DNA of 64,000 bases, from assembly GCA_943704425.1 (NCBI GenBank), contig CALSCP010000382.1, forward strand, positions 4,141 through 68,140. The letters are read 5' to 3'. The position numbers and the translations under genes were made by a program. The stretch is from Ministeria vibrans ATCC 50519. Taxonomy: Eukaryota; Protista; Filasterea. This document shows positions 51,387-64,000 of this stretch, in pieces. The notes beneath the pieces are model-generated. The model made no database searches, was not told the DNA's origin, and was given only the letters and a program-made list of their open reading frames with translations. Each line of letters begins with the position of its first letter. Within the stretch, counting starts at the first letter, position 1.

Positions 51387-54300
51387 TTATTTAACCGAAC
51401 ATGTAATTGCACCGTCAACAAAGGAGAGCAGAAGGGTCTTGCCCTTCATGTTAGGCTGAACAATCACACGTGACAGCACATTGACACAGTCTTGCTGGAC
51501 CTTGCGCTTGAGCTGGCGCGCACCAAAACGTGGGTCAAACCCATCGGTGCAAATGTGCACAAGTAGCGACTCGTCCCAGTCGAGGCTGAGCGATCGCGCC
51601 ACAAACGCCTGTGTCTTGGCCACACGTCGCAGTTGAATCTCAACAATCTTCTTGAGCACCTTCCCACCCAGGGGCAGGAAGGGCACTACAGCATCAAGTC
51701 GCTCGACAAACTCGGCACGGAAAAACTTGCGCACCTGCGGCAGCAACAATTGCTCGAGTTCCTCACGATCGAGATCAACTTCCTGATCCACGTCCAACGA
51801 CGACGACGACAACGACGAAGAGGAGGACGTCTTCGTCGTAGTAGTAGTTGAGGTGGTGGCCTTTTTCGCAACTGGCTTGTCGTTGTCGTCGCTATTGACA
51901 CGCACCAATCGCTCAACAAGAGCCATGTCGGCACCCACCACCGAATCGACAGCAGTGCCTTCGCGAAACAACACAAAGGTGGGCACTGACGTGACACCGG
52001 CCGTGGCTGCCAGCACGTCGCATTTATCAATGTCCGCCCGGGCATACACCACATTGCCTAGCTGAGACTCGGCAAGTGCATCAAACGCAGGCGCAACACG
52101 CTCACATGGCCCACACCACGACGCACAAAAGTCAACAAGCATCAGACGCGAGCCGGCCTGACGTGCACACTCGCGAAAGTCATCCAACGAGTGGATCACC
52201 CGCACCGTCTCTTTCACAGCCTTCTTGTCCTTGGAACTGCCGCTCTTCTTCGACGCACTCGCACCACGACCACCGCCGGCAGCGGATGCGCTGGCAAACT
52301 TGGACGTGTCCTTGAGTAGCGCGTCCATGGAGCTCTTGGCGGCACGACGATGGCGCCCTTCCTCAATGCGCTTGTACAGCACATCCGCACCTAGATTGGA
52401 CGTCATGAAGAAGATGCCGTTGCGACAGTTGACCCGTCGCCCCGTCGCATCCGACACGTGACCTATCACAAAAAACAATGAATACAAGTCCAACAACACC
52501 ATTGATGCGCTGCAGCGCAACCAAAGTCATTCGTACCTTCATCAAAGACCTGCAAGAGAATATCAAAAACACGCGGGTGGGCCTTCTCCACTTCGTCGAA
52601 AAGCACCGCCGAGTACGCTCGCTTGCGTAGCGCCTCTGTCAGCTGGCCACCGTCGTCAGAGCCCACATAACCCGGAGGACTAAACACAGGGAAATTTATA
52701 AAGAGTACAAAAACAAAAAAAAGTAATATTTGTTACCTTCCAATCATACGCGAGATACTCTGTTGCTCTTGATACTCACTCATGTCCAGCCGGATAAACG
52801 CCTGATCCGTGTCAAACAGCTGCTCCGCCACTGCCTTGACCAGCTGTACACAACCAAGCACAAGCACAACAGGTAAAAATAAAGCAAAACAATCATATTA
52901 ATAATTACTACGTTCGTCTTATATTATACTATTTAAATTATCACTATACCTCGGTCTTTCCAACGCCAGTGGGACCAACCAGCAAGAAGGAGCCAATGGG
53001 ACGGTCGGGGTCGCCGAGGCCACAACGGTTGCGGCGGATTGCATCGACGACGGTCTGAACGGCAAAAGGTTGGCCCACAACACGCTGCTCGAGGACATCG
53101 CCCAGACTCGCAAGACGCTCTAGATCACTCTGCTGCATCTTATTGAGCGGAATTTTGGCGCGACGCGACACCTCGGCAGCCACATCATCCTCATCGACCT
53201 CCGTCTTGCCGTCAATCTCAGCCTTACTCGCCGCCTTGCCCAGTACGTCAATCGCCTTGTCAGGTAGACGAAGCTCCGTCATATAGCGCGATGTAAGCTC
53301 ACACGCTGCCAGAATGGCGCCCTGCGTGAAGGAAACGCCATGGCGACGCTGAAAGTGCTCGCGACGCGCCACCAGAATGTCCACCGTCATGGCCACACTG
53401 GGCTCCTCAACAATCACCTCTGCAAACCGCCGCACCATCGCCGCGTCCTTCTCGATATTCTTCTTGAACTCCTTGTGCGTCGTCGCACCAATCACTCGGA
53501 ACTCCCCTCGCGACAGCGCGGGCCTGAACAAGTATAGAAAAATAAGTTAAAAAGAAAAAAAGGAAAAAAAAGGAAAAAAAAAAAGACAATTCAAAATGAC
53601 GTACTTGAGAATGTTTCCGGCGTCCATGGAGCCCCCACCAGCACCCGCGCCCATCATGGTGTGCATCTCGTCCAAGAACAAAATGTCACCGTCGCTCTCG
53701 CTCATCTCCGCCACAATCTTCTTCATGCGCTCCTCAAACTGTCCGCGATACTGCGTGCCCGCCACGACTGAACTCATGTCCAGACTGTACACTCGCTTGT
53801 GTCGTAGGAACTCAGGCACACGCGCCTGTACAATCCGTACCGCCAGCCCTTCCACCACATTCGTCTTGCCAACACCCTACACGGAAACAAAATAAACCGT
53901 ATTAAATTTCCAAGTGAAGTCGTTGTCTGTTTTTTTATTATTATTAAACGTACCGCCTCACCAAGAAGAATGACATTGCTCTTGCCGGCGCGATTAAGCG
54001 TCTCAATGATCATCTGCAGCTCAGCGTCGCGTCCAATGGCGTCGTGAATTTTGCTGTCGCGCGCCAGTTCCGTCAGGTCACGTCCGTGTTCCTTCATCAT
54101 CTTCATGCGATCGTTTCCCTTGGGCTTCCACGCACCGCTATCCTTGATCGTTTTCTTCACCGCTTCATTCAGGGTGACTCCATCAATCGCAAGCGCAGTC
54201 AAACTGCCGCCGCCGCCCGACACTGCTGCTGCAGCTCCAATCACACTCGTTGACGCGTCCTTGTTGTCACCGTCCACTGCACGACCACTCACCGACTGCA

Positions 54301-57300
54301 TGGCGCTCGAGACGGCACTGCGAATCTCATCCGAGGTTAACTTGCGGCTGGCAATGTCGTCACCAAGCGCATCGTCCATGTCCGCGCACTCACACGCGAG
54401 TCGCTCGAGTTCCTCTTGAAGTCCCTTGAGGTTGAACGAACGATAGTACTGGCCGCGCAGTGTCGCCAGCGAGCCCTTAAACTCGGCCGTTTTGCGTCGG
54501 TCATCCTTGGGCGGATCGAGTTTGACCGTGGCAAACGCTTCGCGCAATCGCTCCACCGGCGTCTTGTCCTTCTTTCCCTTGCCAAAGCCTCCGCATCCTG
54601 AGTCTGCCTCGTCCTCGACAACCTCATCAGGGTACACCAATGAGAAGACAGCCATGGTACGCGGTGATTTGCGCATCTGCGTGCGAAACGCATCGAAGAG
54701 CTCCTTCGACTTGAAGAGCGTCTCCTCAGCCGCCTCAACATAGATGATGACGGGTTGTGCACGGCCAATGCGCTGCCGAAAAACCGACTCAAGCAGCGTC
54801 ACATACTTGCTAGGCTCACTCTTAAACAGATCGGCCACCAACACAATGGTCTGTGCGCCAAAGCGGTTGGCCAGTCCCTGGCCAACCGCACGATGGTACA
54901 AGTGCGTGCCGTCGTCGGGCGGGCCCTCCAGCAGCAGGAATCGGTCGTACGTCTGCATGCGCTCCGAGTGTTCACTCACCAAGAACAGCGAACCGGTTCC
55001 TGTGAATCAAAGAAAAAGAGAGAGGAAAGAGAGGAAAGAGAGGAAAGAGAGGAAAGAGAGGAAAGAGAGGAAAGAGAGAGTGATAAAAAGTTAAAAAAAA
55101 ACATAATAATAATAATAATAAAAATAATAAAAATAATAATAATAATAATACCAATAAGAGTGTTGTGAGACTCGGCGGAAATGTAGTAGGGAAAGTCGGG
55201 ACCAAGGGTGATGGTTTCTGCCTCGTCGAGAAGCGAGCTCCACCACTCGTGCTGCTTCTCGCTTGCTTCGCGGTCAAGAGCCTCCTGCACGCGTTCCATC
55301 ACTTGCTTGAGCGCACTCGTCGTCAGGACGATCTTGTTGTTGTCGGTGTCGCAATCTGAACCACTGGCACCCTCGGGTTGCACGGGGGTCGACGAGGCCG
55401 ATACCACAGCAGTACCGACAGCGGAGGCGGCGGTCGTAGTCGTAAGTGTCGAAGAGTCACTGTTGAGATCACCATGGATGGCAGCGGCCACAGCAGCAAC
55501 CGCCGCTTGTTCGCTATCCACCTGACTCATGGCGGACTCTTGAAGGCGAACAGTGGTGCGGATGATTTCGGGAAGTCGCGAGGCAAAGCGCGTGTCGCAG
55601 GCCATTCGATTGACGAGCTCGTCCTCAGTGGCGTGCTCCTCGATAATCATGTGATGGGACAGAGCCAAGCGCAACTGGACGCGTGCAACTCGTTTGTCCC
55701 ATATCTTAGCATCGGCCACCATGCGATCGCTCCACGCCGCAAACGCGCTCACGTTCACATCGGCTGAGGGTGCGGTGAGCTTGAGCTTGCGACAGGCGGC
55801 CGTCGACGAGTCGCCCGCATCCTCGTCTTCCGACACCTCTTCCTCCTCAGCCTGACCAAACATGCCAAAGGGACGTCCACGATTACGCATTTTGCCTTTG
55901 CCACGACGCACATTTCGACGTCCACCAAACGCCCCGTCGTCGTCGTTGTCGTCGTCGCTCTTGGACTCGTCCGAGACAGTCGACGAGAAGACAATGGGAA
56001 CGCCGGTGGGAAGGGTCGCCCAGGCACGCAGCGCGTCGATGTAGCCCTTGAAAGTCGATGCGTTCTCGTGGAGTTGAGGCACATGGACAACACATGGCGC
56101 AATCTCATGATCGTTGAGCACCTCACGGAGTGCATTGAACACGGTGCGTTCGGGACTCGATGTCCTCGGCTTCGTCTCCTGCTGCTGGTTGAACATGCCG
56201 TTGTTGCTGGAGATGCACTCGGGGCGAACACGGCTGCGCGGACGAATGCCCGGCAAGGTGAGATTGTAGGTACCGTCGTCGTTGACCTTAGACACGCTCC
56301 CCGACATGCCGTCTGTAGTGCGGATCTGGTCGCCGACGGCAAAGGCGTTGCGGCCCTTAAAGCCAGGCTTGACAAGCGCAAGCAGTTCGGCAATATTGAG
56401 ACGGAGAAGACGACGGGTGCTTCGCTGGGCGGCAATGGCATCGACAATCTTCTCGTGGCACAGAGCTGAGCCTACGGGTCCCTCAAGGCGCAGTACGGCA
56501 ACGTCAAAGCCGGCAAGATGTTGAAAGCGATCTTGTGTGGTCGTTGCGGTGTCGTCGGTGGAGTCGCTATTTTTCTTAGACAAGCCTTGCAAGCATGCCG
56601 TAGTCCACGCATCAAGCTGATTCGCCAGCTCGGCCTTGATGGGGTAGGCAAACGTAGAGTCGCGAAGCACAGCCGATATGAGTGCACTGCTGTCCTCCTT
56701 GGAAGTGGCGTCGTCGCTGTCGTCGTCCGATGACACGACGTCGGTGATGGCCGCGCGAATGACCTTGACAAGACGATTGTGCAGTTCCTTCTTGGAGCTT
56801 GCCACACTGGTGCTGGTACTTGAGGATCCCAGAGAATCGCGCAACAGCTCGGCATCAAGCAGGAGATTGCCTTCGTCGTCGTACTCGACTGCGTCCTTGT
56901 CGCGCTCGTGCTGGCTGCTCAAGGCCATATTGAGAACGCGACGGAGCTCGTGCACCGACAGCTTCTTGTGGGTGATGCAAAATGGAAGCGGTGCATCATG
57001 CTCAGCATCATCGTCATTGCTGTGCGTCACCGCGCAGGGCTTAAGAGCCACCTTGGTCAACATAAGAATGTCACGCAAACGACGGCAGTTACCCACGCGT
57101 TGCATGCGACGCTTCTCCTCTTCGCAAAAGCTCTTCCACGCGCGCTGATCCTCCTTCTTCTTGGCCGCCAGCACCGTTACGATGTCTGCCAGTGGCTCTA
57201 CGGACGTGTCTACACTGGACGAGACGGGTTCCTCGGCCTTTTTCTGATCCGAGCCCTCTTCGTCGCTGTGGTCGATGCTCTTCCCATCGCCCTTGTCATC

Positions 57301-59511
57301 GCTCTTGTCCCCCTCTGCTTCGTCTTTCTCTTTCTGCTTCTTCTTCTCCTCCTCCTCGTTGTCGTCCTTCTTCTCGGTCGGTGCTGCACCAAAACTGAAT
57401 CCAGAAGACACGGAAGCGCTAGGTGCTCCAAAACCGCCGCCACTCGTGCTTGATGCTGGTGTACCAAACATTGATGGAGCCCCGAATCCGCCACCTCCAG
57501 CACTGCCAAACGGACTGGGTTTGGCCGCACCAAAAGTGCCGTTCATGGAGTTGTTGCTGCTGGGTGCGCCAAAGGAAGATGTACCGGCATCAACACTAGA
57601 AGTGCCTGAGAGCGTCTTGAGCAGCGATGTAACCCATGACACACTGGAAAGAGTGTGTGACGCAAACGGAATGCACATGTTGCGCGCATTGAGCTGCTCG
57701 CCGAGTGTGGTGCGGAAGCCGTCGTGGCGGAGGAGTGCCGTAAAGGTTGGTGGTAGGTAAAGCACAAAGACGTGTTTGTCGACAATGTCGGAGTTGTTCT
57801 GAAGCGACAGATCGACGGAGCGCATGAGGGCACGGGCACACGCACGCACATACTTGTCGTCGGCATTGGCCGAGCCCAGTCCCTCAGTCTCGGCCTTGTC
57901 AGGTGCCGTCGCAGCGCCACTGACGCCTGCGTCGTCGTCCGAGTCGTCCGAGTCACTGTCTTCGTCGTCGTCGTCGTCGTTGTTGTTGCCCAGCATGCCG
58001 AATCCACCAGCATTGTTGTTCTTTTTGCCCTTCTTTTTGTTTGCCATCGTTCCAAAGCCACCTCCACCACCAAATGGAGCGCCAAAGGAAAACGCGTTAT
58101 TGTTGTTATTATTGTTGTCGTTGTCATTGCTGTTGTCAGTGTCTGCGGCCGTCGAGTTGTCCGCCACGGCGTCTTCGGCGTTGGTAGCGCGCGCGAGACG
58201 ACGTCGACGCGCCGACTTGAGGACCTTTGCGTCGAGTGTGCCCTCGAGCAGTGAAAAGAGAGTCTCGGATGCAGTGGACGCGACAGTGACAAAGGCAGCG
58301 TGAGCATGGGTGGCGGCTGCCTCGGCGAGGGAACAAAGATATACGTCGGCGTAGGCGGGTCCCTTGAGCACGCACACGCGTGGGTTTTTGACTGTGAGAT
58401 CGCTAAATTGGCGCGCCAAGTGACGACCGTGCGCCGTGGTGCGGTACAGCGTCACATCACTCACAAAGGTGGAGATTTGCTCGACAACCTTGTCCGAGGG
58501 AGCTGATGGAGTGAGTTTGGCAAAGACGGCGGTAGGTTTACTCGTGAGCGTGATGGCGTGAGACTCACCAAGCGCGTCGACGACCTTTTGTTCAAAGTCT
58601 TCTGTGTCCGACGCAGGCCTGGCGCCCGTTGACGAGGGGGTGAGCGAAGAAGCATCCGATGCTGTTGCGAGTGAGGTCGACAGTGGGGCGTCGTCAGGGA
58701 TCGCCTGGCTTGACACGACGACCACTTCGGGCGTTGGAGCTGCGCTCGCAGCTTTAAAAACGTTTGCAGCGGCAACGGCGGCGTCGCTATCGGCCTGAAT
58801 ATGGTTGATACTGGCCATATCGAGGGCAGTGGCGGTAGTGTCGGTGATTGCGGCGGCGGCCATATCCAAAGGATTGGCTGACACTTGACGGACAGCCGGC
58901 GAGTTGGACTGAGACGCGATTGCGGCGGCGGCCATATCCAAAGGATTGGCTGACACTTGACGGACAGCCGGCGAGTTGGACTGAGACGCGGTTGCGGCGG
59001 CGGCCACTTTGGCGGCCATCGAGATGGACGTGGGGCGTTTGCGCAGGCCGTCCTTTTCGCCAGGAGTCTCAAGCAGATGGAACTCGGCGACGTCGACGGA
59101 CGGTGGTGCGAAGTGCTTGGCTTTCAGCAGAGGCTCCTGGCGTTTGGCGACGCGCCAGTACTCGCCGTTGATCAGACGCAGGAAGGCAAACGAGACTGGC
59201 ACATCCTCTTCGTCCATCTGCTCGGCGAGGCGAGTGCGCACTTCGAGAAGAGTGTCCTGCAAACGTTTGCCAAACGCGATAAAAAAAAAACATTTTTTTT
59301 TTCGGGTGTCAAGCAAGAAAAAGGGGGAAAGAAAATGGCGATCTACCTGAGCCATGCATCGAACAAAGGCAATGTTGGCGTTGGCGACCTTGAGGACAGT
59401 CTCAGCGGGGGCGGCACGTCCAGGAAATTGGGCGGCCGGCACAATGTGAACCTTGAAGTCGCTGAGTTGCTCGCTCAGCTGTCTCTGCAGCGACGTGGGT
59501 CGGTTCGACAT
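51387..59511 (-). CDS. Giant Hsp100/ClpA-type AAA+ fusion, ~2,495 aa (exons 59511-59347, 59256-55152, 54999-53954, 53876-53605, 53523-52950, 52843-52737, 52679-52537, 52462-51387)
   Basis: All seven GT-AG junctions keep the frame (7,488 nt total). NBD1: GEAGVGKT, QYRG, FLDEMH. NBD2: [34 protein letters not shown] thioredoxin insert. Confidence 0.85.
58846..58990. repeat. 72-bp coding tandem duplication (24 aa, [24 protein letters not shown] x2)
   Basis: Two essentially identical units starting at 58846 and 58918. Confidence 0.95.
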
Positions 59512-59966
59512 GATGATGCTTGATCTGTCGAAACTGCTTCAACAAACAAAATATTTATTATTTACTAAGGTTATGCCACGATCACTTTTGAACTCACAAG
59601 TTCGTATAAAAATTGGATCAGTTCTGCTTCACATTTTATTTTATTTTGTTCTTGTGAAATGGAACTGCTCGTTTGTGGATACGAGACGAAACTCACGCAA
59701 GTCACGCAACAGCGCCAACATGCCAATACTGATCGTGATATTGTCCTTGCAATAAAATTCCGGCTCCAATAAAAGGTGCTGTTGTTGATTCCGCGCCAAA
59801 ATCCTGTTCTTTAACCACTTGTTCAAAGGTGGAAGAGACGGGTCGTTTTACACTTTCATGCGGGCCTGTATGACACTGTGTGTATATAATGTCTACTGGA
59901 GCATTCGTGTCTTGTTCGGAGGATCCGCTCGCGTGTTAGGTTGAGATAAATGAGGTGCGTTTTGTT

Positions 59967-60245
59967 TCATTTGAGACGATCACGCGCCATTTTGATGAGT
60001 ACGTCCGTTGAGGGTTGACGGGCCACTGTGGAGCGTGCGTCGTTACCAGCTGCTTGCCATGCAGTCAGGTTGAGGGCATTGGGACACCCAATGTCAAAGG
60101 TACCGTCTTGAGTGAACAGCCTGTGGAAATGCGGAATGAGCGAAAACCACACACATACCACAAAGACACACGAATCATAATCACACACACATACCAGAAA
60201 GTACCCGCGAATCATAAGCACATACGCACATATATACACCACAAA

Positions 60246-60304
<59 letters not shown>

Positions 60305-61597
60305 ACGTGCGTACGAGTTGTCGTGCGTCGTCGGGAAGTTGTGCTTGTCAATGTTGCAGTTGGAGAAGGTGTACGGTCCATTCCCGTCGACCACGCATGA
60401 GTTGCCCTCAAACCTGTCCAGACACAAAAAAAAACAAAAAAAAACCCCCCCCACAACAGTCAAAAAAGCGTGACTCGTGTGACACACACTCATCATTTGC
60501 GTTGATGTTTTACTGCAAGTTGGCGAAATCGCCCGAGTCGTCGGTTTGACACTGGCGGCCACCCGACGAGCGCTCGGCAATGCCCGGGTAGACGATGAGG
60601 TTGTCGGGACCACAGCGCAAGTCGTGGCCCAGGTAGTTTTTGCATCCGCCGTAGACAAGCACGTTCTGCGTGTGGTTGTAATACGAGCTGCCGTCGTCGT
60701 TGTCGAGTGTCCACACGCCATTGTACCCATTCATGATGCTGGAGCAGAGATGTAAAATAGTGTGAGGGGCAGAGCTCGCGTCAGTTCATGTGTGTGTGCA
60801 TACAAGTTGTTGGAGAAAATACTGTCGTGGGGTGTGAGGGAGGGCACACTGCGCGGCACAGCGCACTCACATGCTGTCACGTACGGCTGACGGTCCCCTA
60901 CAGCAGCAAATACGAGAAAAACATGAGGAAAAAAAAGAGAAAAGAGATAGAAAGAGTACGTGCGTGTGTGTGTGTGCGTGTGTACGTGTGTGAGTGTGAG
61001 AGAGGGAGAAAGAAGGAAGAAACAAAGTAAATGGACGTCTATACAGCTATTGAAAGGCCCGTGATCGCCCGTCTCGCGCACCATGTTGAAGATGAGGTTG
61101 CCTTGAACATGGTGGCCGCCGCCAAAGCCATCATTGAAGTTGATGCCTGCACGAGGGCCGTTGTAGCACACGTTGTCGATGAGAGATGTGCCACACGTAA
61201 TGGCCTGGAAGTAGCAGCTCGTCTGCTTGCCATATATTCCAACGTCGTGCATGTGACTAAAAAAAGTTAATTATTGAACATTCAATGTCTTAGTTTAACG
61301 CATTCTGTACTTATTGGCAATGAGGGAGCCGCACGGGTAGCGTGCGGCCGCAGATGAGCCATCAACTCCGGCCGGAGTGCCGACCGACGCAATCGCCGAG
61401 TCGCCGGTGAAGCCAAACTCACAGTGGCGCACGACGGTCGACCGTACTCGGTTGTTCAGAAGCAGTCCATTGCCCCCCGTGTGCAAAAACCGGCAAGCCT
61501 GCACCGTCGTGTATTCGGCACCATCCACAAAAACAGCCGCCTCTATGTCGTGTAAAAAAGAGTGTGACTTCAATGGAACACAATACTAATAATAATA

Positions 61598-61628
<31 letters not shown>

Positions 61629-61636
61629 AATAATTT

Positions 61637-61667
<31 letters not shown>

Positions 61668-62077
61668 CAATAATAACAACAATAATAACAACAACAATAA
61701 TAACAACAATAATAATAATAATAAAATTATTATTATAAATGTTATGCTCCCTACGTCGAGCAATGGTCCAGTCTCCACCCGAGGGGGCCTCGTACTTGTC
61801 CATTAGGGTCATGCGGGTATGTGTGAAATGTAGGCCGACAAGGGACACGTTGCGCACGGGCCAGTCGTCAAATCCGCGAACGGTAATGATGCGCGCCAGC
61901 TGCGACACCTCGACGAGACCTGAGGGAGGAGCTGTTGTGCCGTTCACTTTGAAAAACAGCTCGCGCGTGTTTTCGTCAAAGAACCACTCACCAGGCGCAT
62001 CCAACTACACACACACACACATCACAAAGACGCACGCATATATTTTATTATATATAAATTATGTAATAAAATAATTA

Positions 62078-62115
<38 letters not shown>

Positions 62116-63474
62116 CAGTGCATCATCACACGTGAGAGACAATACCTCTTCGCGAATGTTTTCAACGTAAAAATGGTTGCCGTGGATTCCCGAGCCGCGC
62201 GCCTCCTGCCATCCGCCGGCACTAAAGGCCACCTGCCGCTTCTCCGCGTCCACGCTCGCCAACGTAAACGACCAGCCGCCCCACAGGCCACTGTGGAACA
62301 TGTGTACGAGGCCTGTCTGAGGCCGCGACCACGACTTGCTAGTCCAGTTGGCGCCCATCGAGAACCCTTTGGGACGTGCGTAAACATTGTTCCAGAAGCT
62401 GAAGCCGGGCCCGTCAGCCTGACGCGACGCATACGGCGAGTAGATCACGCCTTTAAACGTGGGAAAATGGTTGTCGCCGGGGACGACGCCTCCTCGATGG
62501 GGCTCGGTCGTGCTCACCTGAACGTCAGGCGGCACTTCAAAGTTGCCGGTGTCCTTGTCGGCCGCGACGTATGCATTGCAACCCTCGCCGGGGTACTGGG
62601 GCCGTGAAAAACACATACCCGAGTCATTTTCGGGGTTTCCATTGGGCCAGCGTGCGCGGATCATGCGCTCGCCGTTGTAGAAGAGCTGATCGAAAGTCTG
62701 ATGTGATGGGTCCAACTGTGCGACAAACACTCCGTCCGACAAAGGTTTCCACACAAGGCCATCCAACCGTGTCCCCCCTGACACAGTCACCTCTTCGCCG
62801 TTGTACGCTTCGATGGCAAGTCCACTGTCAAGGGGGAGTAACTCCAGCGTAGCTGACACATAGTACGTTCCCTAAAAGAATGCTGTTCAATTACACAAAG
62901 AAGAACAAACTGGACAATCAACAATGCACCCCAGTTGCTTTTGATACAGATGTACTGCACGAGAGCGCAAGCGCACGCGCTATCGAGAGGGAGACAATCG
63001 GATTTCAAATACACACAGTCAAGCAAGCAAGAAAGGGCACTTGTGTGGTCGCTCTTGGGTTACCTTGCGAACGGAAATCACTGTTGTGGCGGGACGAGGA
63101 GACATGCTACGGAAGAGGTCGCGCGCGCGGTGAAGGGACTTGAGCGGGGCGTCAATGGTGCCGGCATTGGCGTCGTCGCCATCGACCGCAACAAACAATT
63201 GGGAGAGCGCACTCGGAGGGACACGGCGGGGCGTGCGGCGCGTCCGTTGCGAACCCGAGGGCCGTTTGGGGACAACCGTGTCGTTGCAGCCGACGAATCG
63301 GAGCGCATCATGCACGCGGTGGTGCTGGTCGGCGGGAATGCGCGACGCCGCAAAGTCAAAGGCAAGCGCCTTGAACTTGCAGTCCAAATCGAGAAAATCC
63401 GGCGGTGTTGCCAGAACGAAAGGTCCCAGCAACACTAGTATGTACCCCAGAGATGCTACTGGGTGCATGTTCAT
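59967..63474 (-). CDS. Secreted right-handed beta-helix carbohydrate-active protein (GH141-like), multi-exon
   Basis: Signal peptide; GDDANAGTIDAP, ARWPN, ELDAPGEWFFD, PRAGINFNDGFGGG, RETGDHGPFNSWDR, DNDDGSSYY. Confidence 0.8.
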
Positions 63475-63575
63475 GAAGAAATACAATAATAGTAACGAGT
63501 TACGAGGCTGAAGAATTAATAAGAAATCAAAGTGAAAAGTCGCAAGAATACAATGGGAGTTGTTTGTTTGTTTAA

Positions 63576-63711
63576 TTAAGAGAACATGAGATAAAAGGCG
63601 GTGCCAATGCAGGCAAGGGATACAAAGAAGTGCAGACGGGTGCCGATGACGCCCGCTTTGTGGAAGGCGCCCCAGACGCCCTTCTTCTCGGACATGAGCA
63701 TGGCTTTCAGT
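63576..63711 (-). CDS. TMEM167B: Protein kish-B, last exon (upstream exons not identified, probably beyond the window)
   Basis: [44 protein letters not shown], nearly identical to the kish-B C-terminus. Confidence 0.9.
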
Positions 63712-63916
63712 CTGTTTTGAGAGCAAACACAAACGAGAGATCATGTAAGAAACGCATCGCTGATGTGTTGACTCGTCAAGTCCATTTAATCGTTCTCCTG
63801 ACTCATCAAGTCCCAGTCCAGTCATGAACATGAACGCATAACAATAGAGAGACAGAGGCAGCAGAGAGAACAGCAATCAGCCACACGCACACAGACACAC
63901 ACATGCACACACACAG

Positions 63917-64000
<84 letters not shown>

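Noticed and set aside
59641-59870. Short ORFs between the Hsp100 and GH141-like genes
   Set aside because: No recognisable domain or convincing gene structure; probably UTR or promoter

Overview
Gene-dense, intron-rich eukaryotic genomic DNA: about 28 protein-coding genes, GT-AG introns filled with (CA)n/(TAA)n/(CT)n microsatellites, GC-rich exons, four short N gaps. The gene content (PHF14, MESD, kish-B, an ASAP-type BAR domain, SPO16, myosin light chain, alongside SAC9, GH28 and GH141-like genes) suggests a unicellular holozoan or similar protist (inference). All family calls come from motifs I recognised by eye, not from database searches. Top candidates for new biology: (1) a ~2,495-aa spliced Hsp100/ClpA-type unfoldase (51387-59511, minus) with a SPATA1-like N-domain, three degenerate AAA modules, FG repeats, and a WCGPC thioredoxin inserted where ClpA carries its ClpP-docking loop; (2) a MOB-RhoGAP fusion whose junction lies inside one exon. 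Other notable items: a SAC9-like pseudophosphatase, a saposin-purple acid phosphatase, an ASAP-like BAR-PH-SH3 protein without ArfGAP, a meiotic SPO16-like gene, an RPEL-only protein whose repeat units differ in intron content, a short dispersed repeat, and a probable misassembly that splits MESD.
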